In this document: piece after piece, positions 23,626-30,541 of the stretch | How the letters are laid out: each line of letters begins with the position of its first letter | How positions within the stretch are numbered: the stretch's first letter is position 1 | Origin: a virus | Lineage: Duplodnaviria > Caudoviricetes | Virus record (IMG/VR): IMGVR_UViG_3300031857_000937 | Span: 1-30,541 of that record | Strand: one strand, 5' to 3' | DNA: 30,541 bases | Made by a program: the position numbers and the translations under genes | Notes under the pieces: generated by a model | What the model was told of the DNA's origin: nothing | The model's input: only the letters and a program-made list of their open reading frames with translations | The model's database searches: none

Positions 23626-25536
23626 CTACCTCGATCCGTCAGCACGCAGGTCAAGGCGAGGAGCGCCAAGCTGCCATGTCACACCAAGGTCGGTGCTTTC
23701 CACTTTCACAGACATCTGCCGAGCACGGACCCGCGTGTAAATCTGTCCAGTGAACGCTTCAATTGGCAGCACAGCCGTGCGCGTGATTGGTCGGTTGTTC
23801 TCTCCGCCAACTGAAGGGGGGTCGGTATAACCAGAGCCCGAGTTCTTCAGGGGCTGCATGTACATCTGGGCTGTGGGAGCTGCGGCTTCTGATCCACGGA
23901 AGGTGATGTCCGGTAGGACGCGCCACAGGAACATAAACTTGTGCCCGTCATCCAGATCAAATTGCGCAGAGGTGATCGTCGCAGCAATTGCAGTTGGCGT
24001 GGCTGTGGAGTTGTCATCAACCCCTGACTCATGGTTTACGATGTTGTTCAGGTACGTGGCAGCAATTGGGTAGTCCCGCAAGCCAGAATCCAGCCACGCA
24101 GTGCGGGCCATGTCGCCGTAGTACCAGATGTCTTCAAGGTAGTTGTAGATGGCGTACTTATCCACCGCGTCAGAGCCTACCGAGCAGTAGAACCACCAGA
24201 CCTCATTGAAGCCTTCGTTGGTCCCCGCGAACACCTGTGAGTACTGGTTTTTATCAAGGTCAGAAAAAATGTACTGGCGCAGGTCGCAGCGCAGAGTTTG
24301 GACCCGACCGTCATACTTGTAGAACTTGTCCACACCCATCCAAAACGTGACGCCAGAGGCAATCGTGACGGCGTTCTGACTGACGATGGAGGTGTTGTCG
24401 CCCAGCAAGGTTGCACCCCAGACAGCAGGTGGCCCAAGGTATTGAAGCGCATACACAGCGTTATCTGTAAACACCACAATCTCTTGGCGCGACTGAATGG
24501 CTGTGATGATTTCCGAGCCCCGAGATAGCTGCAAGCTGCCAGCTTGGTTTGTTGCTGCGGGAGTCCAGTTTGCTGCATCCTCTTGGTCAGACCAGCGGAT
24601 TAGCATTGGGTTTTGTGTGGCGCTTCCAAGATCGTTACAACCAAAGCACAGCACAAAACGACTGACATCCGAGACCAGCAAAAAGTTCTGTACCGTAGGA
24701 ACATCCGAAGCGCCCCCTATGGTGGTCAAATTGACGGCCCGAGTGCCTGTGCCAGCCGAAGAATCCCAGTAATAAATAGCCCCACCTCTTGGCCCAAAGA
24801 TTAAGTCTTCACCAAAGTTAAACTGACTCCACAACCGAATAGCCTCCGACGAAGAGGTGCCTGTACCCCATGGGCCAGCGCCCCAGCCGCCAGCGCCCCA
24901 GCCAACGAGAGGAACTGCGTACTCGAAGCCCGTATTAATTTGGTATGCAGCCACCACAGATGCGCCGCCACCGGGAGAGCCTGATACGTCCGTAGCGTTG
25001 GCCACAGCAGAAACGGTGATGGTGTAGCTGTTTGCATCTATTACGGTGACTTGGTACTCTGCGTTCAGAACGCCCGCCGTGATGTTGCCGCCAAGGCCAA
25101 CAGCACCACTGAAAGTCACAAAGTCCCCGGTCAAGCAGCCGTGCGCGGTGTCTGTGACGGTGATGACGCTGGAGCTAAGCGTGGCTACAAACGGGTTGTT
25201 GTTGATGGTGCTGGATGCACGGATTGGAGTGATGTCGTAGTAGGCTCCACCGTTTTCGATGTAAAACTTAAGATTAGTTCCAACACCCAGCAGGTTGGCC
25301 CCACCCAGAGTGATCCAGTTCCACATGGAACGGCATACACCAAGGAAGAAGTTAGCCGAGATGCGCTCCCAGCCGCCAATCTTTTCAGGAGAGCCAGACC
25401 GAAAACGCACCTTATCGCAGTCGTACCAGCCAGCCGAATATGCGCCGTTAACCCCAGTTGGGCCGACATTTTCCGACAGATAGCGCGTGTTTTCACGCGA
25501 GACTCCGGGGCGAAATAGCAATTTCTTTAGCGGCAT
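23626..25536 (-). CDS. Tail tubular / packaged DNA stabilisation protein (P22 gp10-like beta-propeller)
   Basis: MPLKKL.FRPGV.RENT.Y...WYDCDKVRFRSG.PEKIGGW, IRWSDQED, FWMG..KFY.YDG and EVWWFY motifs; start taken at ATG 25536. Confidence 0.8.
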   Translation of the reverse strand: MPLKKLLFRPGVSRENTRYLSENVGPTGVNGAYSAGWYDCDKVRFRSGSPEKIGGWERISANFFLGVCRSMWNWITLGGANLLGVGTNLKFYIENGGAYYDITPIRASSTINNNPFVATLSSSVITVTDTAHGCLTGDFVTFSGAVGLGGNITAGVLNAEYQVTVIDANSYTITVSAVANATDVSGSPGGGASVVAAYQINTGFEYAVPLVGWGAGGWGAGPWGTGTSSSEAIRLWSQFNFGEDLIFGPRGGAIYYWDSSAGTGTRAVNLTTIGGASDVPTVQNFLLVSDVSRFVLCFGCNDLGSATQNPMLIRWSDQEDAANWTPAATNQAGSLQLSRGSEIITAIQSRQEIVVFTDNAVYALQYLGPPAVWGATLLGDNTSIVSQNAVTIASGVTFWMGVDKFYKYDGRVQTLRCDLRQYIFSDLDKNQYSQVFAGTNEGFNEVWWFYCSVGSDAVDKYAIYNYLEDIWYYGDMARTAWLDSGLRDYPIAATYLNNIVNHESGVDDNSTATPTAIAATITSAQFDLDDGHKFMFLWRVLPDITFRGSEAAAPTAQMYMQPLKNSGSGYTDPPSVGGENNRPITRTAVLPIEAFTGQIYTRVRARQMSVKVESTDLGVTWQLGAPRLDLRADGSR

Positions 25537-25545
25537 GGGCAACCT

Positions 25546-25983
25546 TTATTTGCTGGCAACGCCTTTGGTTTTCTCAAAAGACCTCATCCCAGCGATGCCC
25601 AATATGCCTGATAGTATCACCCAGAGCTGGTCTGCGTCCAGTACCGGAGGGGGCTCCAAACCCGCAGGAATCCAACTTGTAGCCTGCGCCCATTTCCAGC
25701 CCCACTGAAACAGCGGGTAGGCCAAGAACTGATAACCCATTGCTGCAACGCCGATCCAGCCAATGGCAGGACGCCAGCCAGACACAAAGATGCTGGAGCT
25801 TGCAGCCTCCACCTTGTTGACCTCGATCTGGGCAAGGTCGGTGGCTTGGTCGATGCGCTTTTCCTCAAGGTCGAGCTTGCGCTGCTCAACCTCCATCTCC
25901 ATCCGCTCTTTATCAGTGGTGATCAGGTCGTCGGCAACCTTGCCAACCGCTTCAATGATTGATCCAACGCCAAGTAAGTTCAT
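25546..25983 (-). CDS. Holin of 3TMs family
   Basis: QIEVNKVEA.S.S.FVSGWRPAIGW and G.LGI.GMRSFEK.KGV signatures; adjacent to the endolysin. Confidence 0.85.
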   Translation of the reverse strand: MNLLGVGSIIEAVGKVADDLITTDKERMEMEVEQRKLDLEEKRIDQATDLAQIEVNKVEAASSSIFVSGWRPAIGWIGVAAMGYQFLAYPLFQWGWKWAQATSWIPAGLEPPPVLDADQLWVILSGILGIAGMRSFEKTKGVASK

Positions 25984-26495
25984 TTAAGCCCCTTCAATGT
26001 GCGGTTTAACCAGCCCTTTAAGAACTTGACCTGCACCGGGTTTTTGTTGCAAATCTCTACATACCGAGCGATCTTGGTCAAAGCGTACTGCTCCTTAAAC
26101 CGCTGGCCATCAGGTATTTGGTTTAAACGCTCAACCGTCTTTGCACCGATGCCGCCGTCAGGTGTTGCCCCGACCACAAGCTGCGCCAGCTTTACAGCCA
26201 TGCTCATGCCTGCGTTTACACCGAAGTTGAAGATGGTGTTGGCTACGTCTTGGTTGTTGATCTCGTTGCCACGCATCTTGTCCCAGAACTCCACACGGTA
26301 GAACTCGCGCACCATGGGGGTCAGGGAGCCGCCAAACTCTTTCTTGTCCACCAGCGCCCATCCGGGCCACTGCGGGTTCTTGTTCCGGGCAATACCCGCA
26401 TAGGTCATGCCCCCGGTGTCGCCGGGAACTTCGTGGAGGACGTAGCCGCCCTCGTCAACCATCATAAGTTCAAAAGCAGGTTCAAACTGTGCCAT
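25980..26495 (-). CDS. Endolysin, glycoside hydrolase family 108 with C-terminal peptidoglycan-binding domain
   Basis: EGGYV....D.GG.TYAGI catalytic motif, FGVNAG, DG.IG.KT, FLKGWLNR. Confidence 0.9.
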   Translation of the reverse strand: MAQFEPAFELMMVDEGGYVLHEVPGDTGGMTYAGIARNKNPQWPGWALVDKKEFGGSLTPMVREFYRVEFWDKMRGNEINNQDVANTIFNFGVNAGMSMAVKLAQLVVGATPDGGIGAKTVERLNQIPDGQRFKEQYALTKIARYVEICNKNPVQVKFLKGWLNRTLKGLK

Positions 26496-26499
26496 CGTT

Positions 26500-26955
26500 T
26501 TAGCCTTTCAATTCAAAACTCAGGTTGGTGTGGCGGGGATACTGCACAACGCGCTCCCCTTCAGGACATTTGTATTTGATGGTCGCCAACAGAGTTGCCT
26601 TGCCGCTGGCAATCTTTTCTTTTTGCACCATAGTGAGCTGGTATGTAAACGTGTCAATCTCTGGCCCTGCTGGGCCGCTGAACTTGCTTGCAGTGGTGGT
26701 TGCCTCATGCACCATACCCGCTGCATCACGGATGCTCGGCGTAAAACTTTCAACAGAGCAGTCATCGCGCTTCTTGATCCGCGCAACCGTGACAGTGATG
26801 GGCTGTCCAGCCTCTGCCACGATCTTGAAATTCTCCGGCGACCATTCAATGATGGCCCTGTCAAACACACCAAACTTGTCAGCAAGCGTATAGCTGCCAC
26901 CTAACGCAGCGACACTGGCGGCGACGGCTCCAATGGCTTTGGTAAGGTCAACCAT
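26500..26955 (-). CDS. Membrane-anchored hypothetical protein in the lysis region (151 aa)
   Basis: GGAG Shine-Dalgarno before ATG 26955; N-terminal hydrophobic segment then a beta-rich domain with two Cys. Confidence 0.7.
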   Translation of the reverse strand: MVDLTKAIGAVAASVAALGGSYTLADKFGVFDRAIIEWSPENFKIVAEAGQPITVTVARIKKRDDCSVESFTPSIRDAAGMVHEATTTASKFSGPAGPEIDTFTYQLTMVQKEKIASGKATLLATIKYKCPEGERVVQYPRHTNLSFELKG

Positions 26956-27039
26956 AAAAACTCCAAATAAAAATGCGGGCGCACCACAGGGCCAGCCCAA
27001 GAATGAGGGCTGCGGCAATAAATGCTACAGCCCAGTCTT

Positions 27040-27570
27040 TCATGGCTGGATTTGCTCTTGTACGGGTTCCACGTAATCAGGGTCGTGGGGCCAAGTGATG
27101 TTGCTCATTACAGCCTCAAGGGCTGGCATGTCAGCAGCAGCCATGATAGCGGCAACGTAGCCCTCGGCTGTTGTGCGGATCGACTGCCTCCATGTGTTCC
27201 ATGCAGGGGCCATTGGCTCACCTGTCTCAGTGGCCTTGACCACCATCCAATCGTTGGGCAAGAGAATGCTGTAAGCCGTAGCGTTGATCTGCGACTTGCA
27301 GGTGGCCTTGGTCTGGTCCAAGTCCTTGGGTGTTGAGGTGTAGTTGACCAGCACTTGACCGTCAACCAGCACTGGCGCTTCTTGCGTCACCCAGTAATAG
27401 GTGTCAGACGGTGCTTGACCGTAGATCACATCAACCATGCCAATAGCAGCCTTGTCCTCGGGGGTAGACAGGTTGCACCAGTTGGCAGGGTACTGAACCC
27501 CGTCAAGCTCAAAGGCTGTACCCTCTGGCACAAGCTGGACGATGGTGTCGTTTTGAACAATTGCAAACAT
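27040..27570 (-). CDS. Tail fibre assembly/chaperone-like protein (176 aa)
   Basis: YPANW, L.P.DW.V.K, W.TWRQ.IR and ITWP..P motifs; follows the tail fibre gene. Confidence 0.75.
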   Translation of the reverse strand: MFAIVQNDTIVQLVPEGTAFELDGVQYPANWCNLSTPEDKAAIGMVDVIYGQAPSDTYYWVTQEAPVLVDGQVLVNYTSTPKDLDQTKATCKSQINATAYSILLPNDWMVVKATETGEPMAPAWNTWRQSIRTTAEGYVAAIMAAADMPALEAVMSNITWPHDPDYVEPVQEQIQP

Positions 27571-27579
27571 GGTTGGTCC

Positions 27580-29952
27580 TTAACGTGCGAGAGAGTTGCG
27601 AAATGGATTTTCGGCAAAGGCAGCGTAAACGTACGTGCCACCGCTGGCATTAATGGCTGTCTCTCTGGACTTAAATCCATTAGACAGTAAATCAAAGCCT
27701 GCTGGCGGGGTGTACCCAACTTCAGCGTTAGAAAGGTTTGGATAAAGTATTTGCGTTGCAGAATTAAATGTATTTCTTGCCGAATCAAAAACGTACCAAT
27801 CGCTGGTTGTATCCGTGCGTTTTATCATCAACCACCGTGGTCTGAACCCCGTGTAGACGAACGGGCCATCTGTGCTGCCGTTGCCTGTGTAAGAGCCAAA
27901 GGCGCTGAACCCTGCAATGGGTGTGAAGCAGTAAGCGACATGGGTAGAAGCCGTGCCTGATCCGCTTGCAGAGCCAATACTGAATACCGTGGAGGTAGGG
28001 GCGGTGTTGTTCCAGACGGTAGTTGCAAATGTTTCGGCGTTGGTCTGGTTTAAGTACAAAAAGTACGATGGTGCTGATAAGTTCTTGTGGTAAACAACCC
28101 AAATCCCGCTATCGCCTCCAGCATTGCTTCGACTTTTGGCAATAACCATGGCAGGTGCAACGTTCAAGCCATGCCCCACAGTAGCTGCCGCTCCTGTACC
28201 CGTGTACGTCACCACACTGAACCCGCTGGTCGTGTTGGCGCTGACTGTGCTGGTGATGGAGCCAGAAGTGTTGGTAACACCTGCGCCGTTGGCTTTCCAC
28301 TGCCAAGCAACGGCAGTGTAGCCTGATGTAACAACATCGCTTCCACCGCCAGTAAATCCACCACTGTTAAAAGAATCAACAACACCTGATGTTGTGGCTT
28401 CTGCGTTTGTGTTGTTGGAGTACAAGACTTTAGAAGTTCCTCGAACCGAGTCAACTAATCTGTTACTTGCAACTTCTGCTCTGGCTTTTTGCCACACCAA
28501 ATCGGGTTGGAATGACGCAGAGCCAACAGCGTTAGAAATGCTTTGTGCTGAACCCGTGCCCGTGTACAGCGTAGCCGCCATGAAACCCGCACCGTTCTGG
28601 ATCGTTGAGCTTGGCAGGTTGAACGTGTTGAGCGCAACAAAGCCGCTTGGCGGTGTGTAGGCAAAGGGGCGCTGACCGAAGTTGAATGAACCAGTAGCCG
28701 TTCCAAATAAACCAAGTGCTGGAAAATATGGACCGTTTGTTAAACCAGTGTAGGCCGTTCCTTGGCTGACGTTGTTTTTGTAAAAGACCAATGTTCCGTT
28801 GTCTGCATCAAAAGCAACGCCAATTACATCGCCATTTGTCCATGACGATCCGTAGGCAACGCCCGCAGCGCCATTGGTGTATTTCTGACCATTGCTTGAA
28901 AAATACCCCCAACCATTTGCATCGCCGCCGGGATAGCTTCCAAGATTTGCGGTTGATTTCATTAAAGCCAACATGTGGCCATTGCTGACATCAACAACAC
29001 TGGTTGCCGTAAATTCCCAATACCATTTGCTGCTACTTAAACCAAATGTGCATCTGTCGCTCAACCACGATGCTGTTGCACGACTGGAATCCAAATTTGC
29101 TCCAGTGATAGTCAATCCACCGTTGTCCAGCGGGTTCATTACCGCAAAGTTCGCCGCATTCGGGCTGGTCAGTGTCGGCACATCCGTCATGGAGTCGTAG
29201 GTCACTCCCGATGTCAGGCTGATGTTGTTTGTTGTCCAGTTGTTGCTGTTGCCACTGAAGTCGTTGCCCAACGTGGTCGTGCTGGTGGTGTTGGTGAACG
29301 GCAGGTAGAACCCGTTTGTGCCGTATGTGCCTGTGTACCGTGCTGGTTGCCATACGCCAGTGACAGCGTTGGTTGAACCAAAGCTGCTGGGTGTCAGGGC
29401 TTGACCATCGATGAAGTTGACTTCGGTTAAGTAGCCGTCGAAGTAACGACCAACCGCAACGGTTGCGCCCAAACCGTGAGCGTTCGCTGCGTTCACGTAC
29501 CAAGTCGAGTTCTGTGTTGGGTATGTTGCGGTTGTCAACGATGTGACTTGCACCCCGTTCACGTAAATCTTCACCCTGTTTGCTGCGGTGGCTTGGGTCG
29601 TGTCAAGCGCGACAACCACGTGATACCAAGCGGAAGGGTCACGGTAAACGGGTGTAGTAGTGATACGCGCTGTGTCCGCTCCGCCAGTAACGAACGTAAA
29701 GTCAAACACCCCGCTATTTAAGTCAGTGAACCGCAACTCGTTAAAGTTGTTCACATCAGCGCCAGCAGAAAACAAAGCTGAATAGTTGTTGGCAAAAGTG
29801 CCGCGCTTAACCCACGCACTCCATGTCCAAGTGCGGCGATTTGAGGCACTTGCAGGTGTTCGATTCAAATACGCAGACGCACTGCTGCGAAACCGCAAAC
29901 TGCGTTGCAGGTTGTAGGCGCTTGTGCCAGCCGAGAGTACGGGAAAGGTCAT
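27580..29952 (-). CDS. Tail fibre / receptor-binding protein with LamG (concanavalin-like) and SPRY domains (790 aa)
   Basis: SLRF..S.SAYL.RT, WTWSAWVKR, RDPSAWYHVV, KWYWEF, GDVIGVAFDADNG, YTGNG and YAAFAE.PF motifs. Confidence 0.85.
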   Translation of the reverse strand: MTFPVLSAGTSAYNLQRSLRFRSSASAYLNRTPASASNRRTWTWSAWVKRGTFANNYSALFSAGADVNNFNELRFTDLNSGVFDFTFVTGGADTARITTTPVYRDPSAWYHVVVALDTTQATAANRVKIYVNGVQVTSLTTATYPTQNSTWYVNAANAHGLGATVAVGRYFDGYLTEVNFIDGQALTPSSFGSTNAVTGVWQPARYTGTYGTNGFYLPFTNTTSTTTLGNDFSGNSNNWTTNNISLTSGVTYDSMTDVPTLTSPNAANFAVMNPLDNGGLTITGANLDSSRATASWLSDRCTFGLSSSKWYWEFTATSVVDVSNGHMLALMKSTANLGSYPGGDANGWGYFSSNGQKYTNGAAGVAYGSSWTNGDVIGVAFDADNGTLVFYKNNVSQGTAYTGLTNGPYFPALGLFGTATGSFNFGQRPFAYTPPSGFVALNTFNLPSSTIQNGAGFMAATLYTGTGSAQSISNAVGSASFQPDLVWQKARAEVASNRLVDSVRGTSKVLYSNNTNAEATTSGVVDSFNSGGFTGGGSDVVTSGYTAVAWQWKANGAGVTNTSGSITSTVSANTTSGFSVVTYTGTGAAATVGHGLNVAPAMVIAKSRSNAGGDSGIWVVYHKNLSAPSYFLYLNQTNAETFATTVWNNTAPTSTVFSIGSASGSGTASTHVAYCFTPIAGFSAFGSYTGNGSTDGPFVYTGFRPRWLMIKRTDTTSDWYVFDSARNTFNSATQILYPNLSNAEVGYTPPAGFDLLSNGFKSRETAINASGGTYVYAAFAENPFRNSLAR

Positions 29953-30392
29953 GCCACCCCCTGTGAACGGCCTTGCTCATAGAGGTTTGTGCCGTTGCTG
30001 CGGAACACAAAGTAGTCTTGTGCCGCTGCCGCAGTAGACAGTGTTGGTGCAACGCCACTAGCCCACTTGAACACGCTGTTCCATGTCAGGGTGTTAGAGC
30101 CAGCGTTCTGGATCACAGCCAGTGCGTAGAAACCGCCGTTGACGAGGTTTGTGGGCGCTCCAACGGTCCTGTTGGTTGATACAAAAGTGAAGGTGGCCAC
30201 TTGGCCCAAAGCTGTGTTCCACGCCACTGTAGCAGCGTCTGTCAGCGTGATGTTGGGGCTGTAGCCTGTACCAGTGACTGAAAAGCTGGCAGAGAAGGAT
30301 GTGCCGGTGCTAAACGTCTTGTTTGTGACCGTCTGGGTATTGGTCGCAGTCAGGACGTTGGTCGGTGTGATGATGTCTGAAAGTATTGCCAT
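29949..30392 (-). CDS. Tail-associated protein (147 aa)
   Basis: TQTVTNKT, LTDAATVAW, LTWNSVFKW..G.APTLST motifs typical of tail-fibre accessory proteins. Confidence 0.75.
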   Translation of the reverse strand: MAILSDIITPTNVLTATNTQTVTNKTFSTGTSFSASFSVTGTGYSPNITLTDAATVAWNTALGQVATFTFVSTNRTVGAPTNLVNGGFYALAVIQNAGSNTLTWNSVFKWASGVAPTLSTAAAAQDYFVFRSNGTNLYEQGRSQGVA

Positions 30393-30402
30393 GGCTTACT
30401 TC

Positions 30403-30540
30403 TTATGGAAGTTCGTTGGGCGCAGCAGGTGTAGTCAACAGAGTATTGGCCTCGTCTGTGGTCAAACGGAAGACTTCGGGGAACGCCACATTTGTGGTCA
30501 TGTTCACGTAGTCGATGGTCTCCTGTGCTTGCAGGTTCAC
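30403..30540 (-). CDS. 3' end of a tail-region protein, truncated by the window edge
   Basis: Open frame VNLQAQETIDYVNM...LLTTPAAPNELP* ending at TAA (plus strand 30403-30405). Confidence 0.6.
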   Translation of the reverse strand: MNLQAQETIDYVNMTTNVAFPEVFRLTTDEANTLLTTPAAPNELP

Positions 30541-30541
30541 G

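Noticed and set aside
26956-27039. Hairpin CAGCCC-N8-GGGCTG between tail chaperone and lysis genes
   Set aside because: Short stem without an adjacent U-tract; not enough to call a terminator or ncRNA.
9437-30179. Numerous + strand ORFs antisense to the virion operon
   Set aside because: Shadow ORFs of GC-rich coding sequence with no RBS or recognisable motifs.

Overview
A 30.5-kb segment of a tailed dsDNA phage genome, podovirus-like in gene content and resembling freshwater Betaproteobacteria phages (host is inference). The left third holds small early genes, an HNH nuclease, several structured non-coding RNA candidates, a resolvase-like gene and a + strand recombination operon (PD-(D/E)XK exonuclease, ERF, SSB, Ref-like nuclease). 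The right two-thirds is a - strand virion operon: tail-fibre genes, GH108 endolysin, 3TM holin, P22 gp10-like tail stabilisation protein, ejection proteins and a 2232-aa polyvalent protein. The standout is 3005-4789. A sigma70-type promoter precedes six ~110-nt non-coding units. Each unit is a tract of 5-nt-periodic GGH-NN pentamers followed by three hairpins. The array is directly followed by a 189-aa RAMP/Cas7-like gene and a translationally coupled accessory gene. This looks like a phage-encoded, non-CRISPR RNA-guided system in which the variable NN dinucleotides would form a gapped targeting code. It matches my recollection of the recently reported VIPR systems, which needs verifying. All family calls are from motifs read by eye; no searches were run.
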